Assembly (NCBI GenBank): GCA_017483805.1
Contig: JAFUUL010000039.1
Coordinates: 2,300 to 66,299 of the forward strand
DNA from: Prevotella sp.
GTDB lineage: Bacteria; Bacteroidota; Bacteroidia; Bacteroidales; Bacteroidaceae
Length of the DNA: 64,000 bases
Direction of reading: 5' to 3'
In this document: positions 8,576 to 19,029 of the stretch, one piece after another
Layout: each line of letters begins with the position of its first letter
Position numbering within the stretch: position 1 is the first letter of the stretch
The notes under the pieces: generated by a model
The model's input: only the letters and a program-made list of their open reading frames with translations
Told to the model about the DNA's origin: nothing
Database searches by the model: none
Program-made: the position numbers and the translations under genes

Positions 8576-8618
8576 TATAAAAACAGCAGATATTCTTGCT
8601 CGTTTCGGAAAACTTTCG

Positions 8619-8626
8619 TACCTTTG
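8619..8626 (+). promoter_or_regulatory. -7 promoter box for fabD
   Basis: TACCTTTG about 40 nt upstream of the ATG. Confidence 0.65.
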
Positions 8627-8666
8627 CACCCACAATTAAGTATTTTAATTTAAATTAAGGTAAGAA

Positions 8667-9554
8667 ATGAAAGCATTTGTATTCCCCGGACAGGGAGCAC
8701 AGTTCGTGGGCATGGGTCGCGACCTCTACGACCAGAACGCCACGGCTAAGGAACTTTTCGAGAAGGCTAACCAGATTCTGGGCTACAGAATCACAGATAT
8801 CATGTTCGAAGGAACCGACGAGGACCTGCGTCAGACCAAGGTCACCCAGCCCGCAGTATTCCTCCACTCCGTCATCTCCGCCATCTGCATGGGCGAGGCC
8901 TTCCAGCCCGCCATGACGGCCGGACACTCGCTGGGAGAGTTCTCGGCCCTCGTGGCCGCCGGAGCCCTGACCTTCGAGGACGGCCTGCGCCTGGTCTACG
9001 CCCGCGCCATGGCCATGCAGAAGGCCTGCGAGGCCCAGCCCTCCACGATGGCTGCCATCATCGGACTGCCCGACGAGCAGGTGGAGCAGATCTGCGCCGG
9101 CATCAACCGCGAGGGCCACGTGGTGGTCTGCGCCAACTACAACAACCCCGGCCAACTGGTCATCTCGGGCAACGTGGAGGCCGTGGGCGAGGCCTGCGAG
9201 GCCCTGAAGGCTGCCGGAGCCAAGCGCGCCCTGCCGCTGAAGGTGGGCGGCGCATTCCACAGCCCCCTGATGCAGCCCGCCAAGGACGAACTGCAGGCCG
9301 CCATCGAGCAGACCGAGTTCAGCACCCCCCGCTGCCCCGTCTATCAGAACGTGGATGGACGTCCCCACACCGACCCCCAGGAGATCAAGCAGAACCTGAT
9401 AGCCCAACTGACCTCCAGCGTGCGCTGGACCCAGTGCGTGCAGTCGATGATCCAGGATGGTGCCGACGACTTCACCGAGTGCGGCCCCGGCAAGGCCCTG
9501 CAGGGCATGATTGCCAAGATCAACCGCGAGGTCAGCGCCCACGGGATTGAGTAG
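8667..9554 (+). CDS. fabD: Malonyl-CoA:ACP transacylase
   Basis: FPGQGAQ, GHSLGE, AFHSPLM. Confidence 0.97.
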   Translation: MKAFVFPGQGAQFVGMGRDLYDQNATAKELFEKANQILGYRITDIMFEGTDEDLRQTKVTQPAVFLHSVISAICMGEAFQPAMTAGHSLGEFSALVAAGALTFEDGLRLVYARAMAMQKACEAQPSTMAAIIGLPDEQVEQICAGINREGHVVVCANYNNPGQLVISGNVEAVGEACEALKAAGAKRALPLKVGGAFHSPLMQPAKDELQAAIEQTEFSTPRCPVYQNVDGRPHTDPQEIKQNLIAQLTSSVRWTQCVQSMIQDGADDFTECGPGKALQGMIAKINREVSAHGIE

Positions 9555-9585
9555 TTAATAGTGAATAGTTTGCTACCGCTATTGT

Positions 9586-11205
9586 ATGACGGACAAGATT
9601 ATTATCTACCAGATTTTTACGCGCCTGTATGGCAACCGCTGTACGGCGCGTGTTCCTAACGGCAGCATCGAGGAGAACGGCTGCGGCAAACTGAACGGCT
9701 TCACGCCGAAGGTGCTCAAGCAGATACGCGAGATGGGCGTCAGCCACGTGTGGTACACAGGCATCATACGCCACGCCACCACCACCGACTACACCCGCTA
9801 CGGACTGCCCCGACAGCACCCCGCCGTGGTGAAGGGCCGCGCAGGCTCGCCCTACGCCATCGTGGACTACTACGACGTAGACCCCGACCTGGCCGAAGAC
9901 GTAGACAAGCGCATGCAGGAGTTTGAGCGACTGGTCAGCCGCACCCATCGCGCCGGCCTGAAGGTGGTCATCGACTTCGTGCCCAACCACGTGGCCCGTC
10001 AGTACCACTCAGTGGCCCGCCCCGAGGGCGTGCGCGACCTGGGCGAGGACGACAACCCGCAGGTGGGATTCGACCCCGAGCGGAACAACTTCTACTACTG
10101 CCCGGGCCAAACCTTCACGCCATACTTCGACCTCTATCATGGTGAGCGTGAGCCATATACGGAGACGCCCGCCAAGGCCACAGGCAACGACTGCTTCCAC
10201 AACGCGCCCGGACGGAACGACTGGTACGAGACCGTCAAGTTGAACTATGGCGTAGACTACTATGCCGGCCACGTGGGCCACTTCCAGCCTACGCCCGACA
10301 CGTGGACCAAGATGCTCCACATACTGCTCTTCTGGGCCCAGAAGGGCGTCGACGCCTTCCGCTGCGACATGGCCGAGATGGTGCCCGCCGAGTTCTGGGC
10401 ATGGGCCACGGCGCGCGTGCGCGAGGCCTATCCCGAGGTGCGCTTCATCGGCGAGGTGTACAATCCCGCCGAGTATCGCCGCTACATAGCCTCGGGCTTC
10501 GACTACCTCTACGACAAGGTGGGCATGTACGACGCCATGCGCGACGTCATCTGCCACCGCCGCACCTCGGAGGCCATCACCCAGGCCTGGCAGCAGACCG
10601 ACGACATACGCGACCATATGCTCTACTTCCTGGAGAACCACGACGAGCAGCGCCTGGCCAGCGACTTCTTTGCCGGATCGGGCGAGAAGGGCGTGCCCGG
10701 ACTCGTGGTCAGCGCGCTCATGCAGAAGGGCCCCTTCATGCTCTACTTCGGACAGGAGTGGGGCGAGCGCGGCATGGATGCCGAGGGCTTCAGCGGATGC
10801 GACGGCCGCACCACCATCTTCGACTACTGGTCGCTCCAGCCCGCCGACACGCCCCTGACCGAAGTCTATCGGAAGGTGCTCAACATAGCCCGCACGGAGC
10901 GATGCGTCAGGGAGGGCCAGATGTTCGACGTGATGTATGCCAACCGCCAGTATGCCCGCCAGTACGCCTTCCTGCGCAAGGCCGGCAAGGACGTGATGCT
11001 CGTGGTGGCCAACTTCGACGACCAGCCCGCCTCGCTCCAACTCAACATACCCGACCACGCCTTCGACTACCTGGAGATGCAGGAGCGCGCCTACCGCGCC
11101 GAAGACCTGCTCAACGGAGAGGAGCGCAGCCTGGTGCTCATCAAGGGCACGCCCGTAGAGGTGACGCTCGAGCCCCGCGGAGCCGCGGTCTACAAACTGC
11201 GCTGA
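9586..11205 (+). CDS. GH13 alpha-amylase family protein
   Basis: DFVPNH, AFRCDMAE, IGEVY, FLENHDE; no signal peptide. Confidence 0.92.
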   Translation: MTDKIIIYQIFTRLYGNRCTARVPNGSIEENGCGKLNGFTPKVLKQIREMGVSHVWYTGIIRHATTTDYTRYGLPRQHPAVVKGRAGSPYAIVDYYDVDPDLAEDVDKRMQEFERLVSRTHRAGLKVVIDFVPNHVARQYHSVARPEGVRDLGEDDNPQVGFDPERNNFYYCPGQTFTPYFDLYHGEREPYTETPAKATGNDCFHNAPGRNDWYETVKLNYGVDYYAGHVGHFQPTPDTWTKMLHILLFWAQKGVDAFRCDMAEMVPAEFWAWATARVREAYPEVRFIGEVYNPAEYRRYIASGFDYLYDKVGMYDAMRDVICHRRTSEAITQAWQQTDDIRDHMLYFLENHDEQRLASDFFAGSGEKGVPGLVVSALMQKGPFMLYFGQEWGERGMDAEGFSGCDGRTTIFDYWSLQPADTPLTEVYRKVLNIARTERCVREGQMFDVMYANRQYARQYAFLRKAGKDVMLVVANFDDQPASLQLNIPDHAFDYLEMQERAYRAEDLLNGEERSLVLIKGTPVEVTLEPRGAAVYKLR

Positions 11206-11258
11206 GCCCCGCCTGCCGACGAACTACAAACTACTATCAGATACTTAACAAAACGCCT

Positions 11259-11864
11259 ATGACCAAGAGACTATTTTCCGTGCTGCTCATGCTGGCCCTC
11301 GTGACCGGCATGAGCGCGCAGACCACCTCGCGTGAGGCCCGCCAATGGCTGAAGCGGGGCGAGTGGCGCGGCGACTTCACCGCCGCCAAGCCCCACAAGA
11401 CGCTGGACGCCCAGACCTTCATGGAGCAGTATCAGAAGAACACCGCCCAGTGGCAGACGCTCTTCCGCTGGCTCAGTACCACCGACCTGCAGGCCATTCC
11501 CGCCGGCCGGCACCCCATCCCCGGCTCGACCCTCGTGGCCAGCGTGGAGGACTCGGAGAACGGCCCGCTGGAGAAGCGCAACACCGAGAGCCACCGGCGG
11601 AAGATCGACTTCCAACTGGTGGTGCGCGGCACCGAGGGCTTCGCCCTGCTCGACCACGAATCGAGCACCATCAGCAAGCCCTACGACGAGAAGAAGGACG
11701 TGGTGCGCTACGACTACGTGCGCGAGAAGACCCACTTCTTCGACGTGAAGGCCGGCCGCTTCGTCATCTTCTTCCCCACCGACTGGCACATCGCCAAGGT
11801 GCAGACCCGCAAGAAGGACCAGCACCTGCGCGTCATCGTGGTGAAGATGGACTATGTGGAATAA
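11259..11864 (+). CDS. YhcH/YjgK/YiaL family protein with signal peptide
   Basis: Probable start MTKRLFSVLLMLALVTGMSAQ; ESHRRKIDFQ, GTE, YDEKKD, FFPTDWH. Confidence 0.85.
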   Translation: MTKRLFSVLLMLALVTGMSAQTTSREARQWLKRGEWRGDFTAAKPHKTLDAQTFMEQYQKNTAQWQTLFRWLSTTDLQAIPAGRHPIPGSTLVASVEDSENGPLEKRNTESHRRKIDFQLVVRGTEGFALLDHESSTISKPYDEKKDVVRYDYVREKTHFFDVKAGRFVIFFPTDWHIAKVQTRKKDQHLRVIVVKMDYVE

Positions 11865-12350
11865 ATGAAACGGAAAGCGATGGACGACGAGATACTGCTG
11901 AACGACCACAACAAGGACGAGTTTCCGCCCGCCCACACGGCCGAGCATCTGCTCAACCAGACCATGCAGCGGCTCTTCGGCTGCGAGCGCAGTTACAACG
12001 CCCACGTGGAGCGCAAGAAGAGCAAGATGAGTTTCCACCTCGACCATAAGCCCAGCCGTCAGGAGGAGAAGGAGATTGAGCGCAGGATGAACCTGCTGAT
12101 CGACGAGGATCTGCCCGTCACGTTCGAGTTCGTCACGCGCGACCGCCTGCCCGAGGGCGTCACCCTCGACCGTCTGCCCCAGGATGCCAGCGAGACCATC
12201 CGACTGGTGCGCATCGGCGACTACGACGTCTGTCCCTGCATCGGCCGCCACGTGCGCTCCACCTCGCAGATAGGCCGCTTCGAGATGCTGGGCACCAACT
12301 GGGACGAGCACGAGCGCTCCTTCCGCGTCCGCTTCAAGATCGTGCAGTAG
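11865..12350 (+). CDS. Free-standing AlaX-like tRNA editing domain (tRNA_SAD)
   Basis: HTAEH and CIGRH zinc ligands; IRLVRIG. The start may instead be 11880. Confidence 0.82.
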   Translation: MKRKAMDDEILLNDHNKDEFPPAHTAEHLLNQTMQRLFGCERSYNAHVERKKSKMSFHLDHKPSRQEEKEIERRMNLLIDEDLPVTFEFVTRDRLPEGVTLDRLPQDASETIRLVRIGDYDVCPCIGRHVRSTSQIGRFEMLGTNWDEHERSFRVRFKIVQ

Positions 12351-12752
12351 TTAGCGGTAATCCTCGGGCGTGAGCGTCGTTTCCAGATAGACCTTCTCAG
12401 GATTCCTGTCCGAGCGGTAGACGTAGCGGAAACTCACGCCGCGATCCATCAGCGCGCGATAGGCCGTCGTGCTCTTCAGTTCCGTCACCAGCACGGCCTT
12501 GGCATCGCGCAGGGCGTAGACCACGCTGTCGTTGTCGTTCAGGCCCGTAAAGCGGAAATACTGCGACTGGGTGAGGGTAGGGATGTCGAACACGATGCTG
12601 TCCAGCATCATGTTGTCGCCAATGGGCATCGGGCACTTCGTCTCCGTCACCTCGCGGGCCTCGCGGGCGGCACGCTCCTCGAGCGACTCCTGGCACGACG
12701 CCAGCACCAACACGGCGGCGGCAGCGGCCAAAATGTAAAATCTCTTCTTCAT
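12351..12752 (-). CDS. Hypothetical lipoprotein
   Basis: Signal peptide with lipobox LASC; promoter box caaagtta at 12782-12789. Confidence 0.8.
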   Translation of the reverse strand: MKKRFYILAAAAAVLVLASCQESLEERAAREAREVTETKCPMPIGDNMMLDSIVFDIPTLTQSQYFRFTGLNDNDSVVYALRDAKAVLVTELKSTTAYRALMDRGVSFRYVYRSDRNPEKVYLETTLTPEDYR

Positions 12753-12863
12753 AAAGGGTGTTATTTATATAATTATGTGTGCAAAGTTACAAAAAAAACA
12801 TAAAAATAGCGAGATTTTTCCCGTATTTTTTGTAACTTTGCACCTCAAAGGCAAAACACGTCA

Positions 12864-14645
<1,782 letters not shown>

Positions 14646-14710
14646 TCCCCTCTCCCTCTCTGAACAAAAAACCTCTAAGCCTAACAAACGAAAATCAAAA
14701 CAAACGAACA

Positions 14711-15316
14711 ATGACAACGACCAACCTGAGTTTGACCCCACGTGATGTGGCCCGTGAACTGGCCCGTCGGTACAGTACGATGACCCACGATGAACTGGAC
14801 ATGCTGGAGAGCATTCTGGTGCCCATGAAGTTTGCCAAAGGTGAGAAGATTCTCAACGAGGGCGAAGTGTGCAAGCACATCTTCTGGATCGTGAAGGGTT
14901 TGGTGCGCCAGTACTACTTCAAGAACAAGAAGGAACTGACCGAATATATGGCTACCGAAAACATGATCTGCATGAGCATCGAGAGCCTCTTCCGCGAACA
15001 GCCGTCCACCCAGATGATCCAGGCCCTCGAGCCCACCGTGCTCTACGCCATACCCATGCACGACCTGGAGGCCGTGTCGATGAAGAGCGTCAACATACAG
15101 ATGCTCTACCGCAAGATACTCGAGGAGTCGCTCATCATCAGCCAGCAGCGGGCCGACATGCTGCGCTTCGAGAGCGCCCTCGACCGCTATCAGAAGTTGG
15201 TGAAGAGTTCGCCCCAACTGGTGCTCCGCGCGCCCCTGGTCTATATAGCCAGTTACCTGCAGATGACGCCCGAGACGCTCAGCCGCGTCCGCACCGCCGT
15301 GCTGATGAACTCGTAG
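14711..15316 (+). CDS. Crp/Fnr family cNMP-binding regulator
   Basis: cNMP-binding fold; C-terminal IASYLQMTPETLSRVR. Confidence 0.9.
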   Translation: MTTTNLSLTPRDVARELARRYSTMTHDELDMLESILVPMKFAKGEKILNEGEVCKHIFWIVKGLVRQYYFKNKKELTEYMATENMICMSIESLFREQPSTQMIQALEPTVLYAIPMHDLEAVSMKSVNIQMLYRKILEESLIISQQRADMLRFESALDRYQKLVKSSPQLVLRAPLVYIASYLQMTPETLSRVRTAVLMNS

Positions 15317-15335
15317 GTTTAGTATATCCACAGAA

Positions 15336-15379
15336 AAGAATCGCATAAGGGATTGATGTTGTTCCCCTATGCGATTCTT
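15336..15379. terminator. Hairpin terminator between convergent genes
   Basis: aagaatcgcataaggga / tcccctatgcgattctt. Confidence 0.7.
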
Positions 15380-15385
15380 GTATTT

Positions 15386-17254
15386 TTACCATCTGTGGCC
15401 GCCACCGCCGCCGCCGGGGCCGCCTCCGCCGCCGTTTCCTCCGGTGTAGGAAGAGAGCGAGACCGAAGACCCTCCGCTGGCCGATGCCCCGAGGGTCAGC
15501 ATACCGTCGAAGTACTGAGTGCCGCCCGAGACCGTCACGCCCGACTTGAGCGTGGGCTGCTGAGAGCCCGATACCACGAGCGTGGTGCCGCCGCTGGAGG
15601 GCGTCTTGAAGCAGACCGTCTCGCTGCCGATGGTCATCGCGTAGTTGGCGTTCTTGCTCCACGACGAGGTGGAGTAGCACGACTGCGTCAGGCTGGCTCC
15701 CGACTCCAGGCCGCCGATGGCGATGATCGTGCCGCCCGACACGTAGAGTTTGTAGCCGCCCTCCGTGTTGGCGTCGATGCCCAGTTCCGGCTGCGAGGTG
15801 CCTATGGCGTAGACCACGCCGCCCTTGATGTAGAAGTTGCCGTTGGCATCCAGTCCGTCGTTGCCCGTGGAGTAGCCCATCACGTGGCCGCCCTCGATGG
15901 TGAACGTGCTGGCCGAGTTGATGGCGTCGTCCTTGCTGGTGGCATAGACCACGCCGCCCGTGATCAGGATGGTGCTCTTGCTCTCGATGGCCTCGTGGGC
16001 CGAAGCCTTGGCCGTAGTGTTGCCGCCCGAGATCGTCAGCGCGCCGTCGCACTTGATGGCCTTAGCCGAAGCCGTATAGCGGCTGCTGTAGGTATAGTTG
16101 CTGCCCGAGGCCGTAGCCTGTATGGTGCCGTCGCTGATGGTCAGCGTGCCGTCGGCCTTGATGCACTTGCCGCCCGTGCCTGTGCTCTTCAGCGTGATGG
16201 TGCCGCCGCTGATGCTCATGTTGCCGTCGCTCTTCAGTCCCGCGCTGCCCTTGGCGTCGGCCTCCGTGCTGTCGTAGGTGCCGCTGCCGCTGGTGGTCAC
16301 GCTGATGGTGCCGCCCTTTATCTTCAGGTCGCCCGTAGCCTTGATGCCCTTGGTGGCGGCAGCCGTCACGCTCACGCTGATCGTGCCGTCCTCGATGTAG
16401 ACGTTGCCCGAGTCCTCGCCCTCGTGGTCGGTCAGTTCGCCGGTCGACGTGGTGCCGTCCAGGTCGGCCTGAATGCCGTCATCGCCCGTGCCGCTGATGT
16501 TGAGCGTGCCGCTCTCCATGAGGAAATACTCGTTGCAGTTGATGCCGTCTTTAGCGGCCTTGAGCACGTTGATGGTGCAGTTCTTCACGGAGATGTACTC
16601 GCCGGCCTTGATGCCGTGGGCGTAGTTGCCGTAGACGTTCAGCGTGCCCTTGCCCTTGAACTCGGCGTGGCCCTTCACGTAGATGCAGCCCTTCTGCGAG
16701 CCGCTGGTGCCGTCGGTCAGCGTGTTGGTGGTGCCGCTCTTCACGCTGATGTTGATGCGCTTGCCGTTGACGATGTTCAGGGCGGCTCCGCTCGGGTTGG
16801 TCAGCGTGAGGCCGTTCAGGTTGATGGTGGCCTTGTAACTGCCCGACATAGCAAACTCGCCGTCGGTCGACGTGCCGGAGAGCGTGTAGTCTATCTCGCC
16901 CGTCGTGTCGTCCAGAGTGGTGCTCTGCACGATTGTCACGTGGGCCCCGCTGACCGTAGGCTCCACGAAGCGCGCCACGTTGCCGCTGACGGTTACGGCT
17001 GCCGACGCGCCGTCGTAGGTCACCAGGACGCTATTGTCGCTCACGGCCGTCTCGTCTATGTAGATCCGGCTGATGTCGCTGGTGGCAAAGGTCTTGCCCA
17101 TCACGGTCAGCGAGGTGCCGTCGGCATAGGTCATCTCGCCGGTCTGGGCGGCAGGAAACTGATAGGTCACGCTGCCCACTACCACGTTCATGGTCTGAGC
17201 CCAGGCTGCTGTCGTCAGCACGAGGGCTGCAATGATGCTGTATATCCTCTTCAT
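15386..17254 (-). CDS. Secreted Cthe_2159/DUF4353-type beta-helix carbohydrate-binding protein
   Basis: Signal peptide MKRIYSIIAALVLTTAAWAQ; repeated KGIKA/DGI..I.GG.I coils; Gly-rich tail. Confidence 0.8.
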   Translation of the reverse strand: MKRIYSIIAALVLTTAAWAQTMNVVVGSVTYQFPAAQTGEMTYADGTSLTVMGKTFATSDISRIYIDETAVSDNSVLVTYDGASAAVTVSGNVARFVEPTVSGAHVTIVQSTTLDDTTGEIDYTLSGTSTDGEFAMSGSYKATINLNGLTLTNPSGAALNIVNGKRINISVKSGTTNTLTDGTSGSQKGCIYVKGHAEFKGKGTLNVYGNYAHGIKAGEYISVKNCTINVLKAAKDGINCNEYFLMESGTLNISGTGDDGIQADLDGTTSTGELTDHEGEDSGNVYIEDGTISVSVTAAATKGIKATGDLKIKGGTISVTTSGSGTYDSTEADAKGSAGLKSDGNMSISGGTITLKSTGTGGKCIKADGTLTISDGTIQATASGSNYTYSSRYTASAKAIKCDGALTISGGNTTAKASAHEAIESKSTILITGGVVYATSKDDAINSASTFTIEGGHVMGYSTGNDGLDANGNFYIKGGVVYAIGTSQPELGIDANTEGGYKLYVSGGTIIAIGGLESGASLTQSCYSTSSWSKNANYAMTIGSETVCFKTPSSGGTTLVVSGSQQPTLKSGVTVSGGTQYFDGMLTLGASASGGSSVSLSSYTGGNGGGGGPGGGGGGHRW

Positions 17255-17364
17255 TTGATGCAGATATAAATAAAACTGTTTGCTGCAAAGGTAGCCATTT
17301 TCTGGGAATCTGGCAAAACTTTTCAGCAAACAGCCTTGTTTTTTCAGTAAAAATTGCCCCCTGA

Positions 17365-19026
17365 TCAGGTGTAGAGGTAGCGCTTGATGCTCTTCTTGGG
17401 CGTTTTCTGGAACTCCTCGTTGTGTATCTCTATCTCGCTGATCTTCTCGTAGGCGGGCAGCATCTGGTTCAGCGTGTTGCGGTTCTGCTCCATGATGCCG
17501 GCCATATCCTCGTCGGTGAAGTTGAGGGCCTTGGCCTCGTCTACGTCGGGATGGACGAGGGCCACCAGTTTGGTGTCGCGCTGCACGACGATGCTCTCGC
17601 TGACCATCGTCATCGAGTTGAGTTTGTCCTCAATCTCCTCCGGGTAGATGTTCTGTCCGTTGGGGCCCAGGAGCATATTCTTCGAGCGGCCGTTGATGAA
17701 GACGTTGCCGTCGCCGTCCATAGTGCCCAGGTCGCCCGTGTGGTACCAGCCGTCCTTGTCGATGGTCTCGCGGGTGGCCTCCTCGTTCTTGTAGTAGCCC
17801 AGCATGACGTTGAGTCCGCGGGTCAGGATCTCTCCCGGTATGTTCTCAGGATCGGGCGAGTCGATCTTCACCTGCATGTGGATGACAGCACGTCCGCACG
17901 AGCCCGGCACGAAACTGCGCCAGTCAGAATAGCAGATGATGGGGGCGCACTCGGTGGCGCCATAGCCTACGGTATAGGGGAACGAGATGCGATGCAGGAA
18001 CTGCTCCACCTCCTGGTTGAAGGCTGCGCCGCCGATGATGACCTCGTAGATCTGGCCGCCGAAGGCCTTCACCACCTCCTGGCAGATCATCTCGCGCACC
18101 TTGGCCGATATGATGGGCATCTGCAGCAGCAGGCGCATGCGGTTGTTCTGAATCTTCGGGAACACCTTCTTGCGGATGATCTTCTCGATGACCAGGGGCA
18201 CGGCGATGATGATGCGCGGCTTCACTTCGGCAAAGGCCTGGGCGATGATGGCCGGCGACGGCGTGCGGTTGAGGTAGTAGACATGACAGCCGTGTATGAA
18301 CTCGAAGATGAACTCGAAGGCCATACCGTACATGTGGGCCATGGGCAGGATGGAGATGATGTTGTCGCCGGGCTTGATGGTGGTGCCCAGTACGTTGCAG
18401 GCGAAGTCGTAGTTCGACCAGAGGGCGCGGTAGGGAATCATCACGCCCTTCGAGAAGCCCGTGGTGCCGCTGGTGTAGTTGATCAGGGCCAGTTCGTCGG
18501 GGCTCTGCTCGATGTAGTAGTTGATGTGCTCCTGACGGAAATACTTCGGGAATTTCTGGCCGTAGAGGGCGTTCAGGTTCTCGCGGGCATAGGTCAACTT
18601 CTCCGAGCGAGAGAGGGTCAGCGAGTAGTCGGTACTGCGGATGATGCCCTCCAGGTGGGGCATCTCGTCTGGATTGATGGTGCCTACCACGTGGTCGCCG
18701 GCAAAGAGGAGTTTTGCGTCAGAGTGGTTCACGATGTTGTGGATCTGCTCCGGCATGAACTCGTGCAGGATGGGCACGGCAATGGCGCCATAGGTCAGCG
18801 TGGCGATGAAGGCCACGGCCCATTGGCTGGAGTTGCGTCCGCAGAGGGCAATCTTGTCGCCTTTCTGTATGCCGGAGTTCTCGAAGAGGATGTGCACCTT
18901 CTCAATCTTTCTGGCCACGTCGTGATATTGCAGCGTCTGTCCCTTGTAGTCGGTCAGCGCGTCTTTGTCCCAGTGCTCTATGATGCTTTTCTGGATGAGT
19001 TCGTTGAAACTAGGTATTTTTTCCAT
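17365..19026 (-). CDS. Long-chain fatty acid-CoA ligase (AMP-binding)
   Basis: YTSGTTGFSKG, GYGATE, YHTGD, GRSKN. Confidence 0.93.
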   Translation of the reverse strand: MEKIPSFNELIQKSIIEHWDKDALTDYKGQTLQYHDVARKIEKVHILFENSGIQKGDKIALCGRNSSQWAVAFIATLTYGAIAVPILHEFMPEQIHNIVNHSDAKLLFAGDHVVGTINPDEMPHLEGIIRSTDYSLTLSRSEKLTYARENLNALYGQKFPKYFRQEHINYYIEQSPDELALINYTSGTTGFSKGVMIPYRALWSNYDFACNVLGTTIKPGDNIISILPMAHMYGMAFEFIFEFIHGCHVYYLNRTPSPAIIAQAFAEVKPRIIIAVPLVIEKIIRKKVFPKIQNNRMRLLLQMPIISAKVREMICQEVVKAFGGQIYEVIIGGAAFNQEVEQFLHRISFPYTVGYGATECAPIICYSDWRSFVPGSCGRAVIHMQVKIDSPDPENIPGEILTRGLNVMLGYYKNEEATRETIDKDGWYHTGDLGTMDGDGNVFINGRSKNMLLGPNGQNIYPEEIEDKLNSMTMVSESIVVQRDTKLVALVHPDVDEAKALNFTDEDMAGIMEQNRNTLNQMLPAYEKISEIEIHNEEFQKTPKKSIKRYLYT

Positions 19027-19029
19027 TTC

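Noticed and set aside
8540-8667. att site or tRNA at the island boundary
   Set aside because: No tRNA-like fold is present, and no partner repeat is visible within the window.
10302-11258. N-terminal extension of the 520-aa ORF as an overlapping gene or frameshift fusion
   Set aside because: It is an Arg/Pro-rich off-frame read of the GH13 gene. A clean signal peptide starts at 11259.
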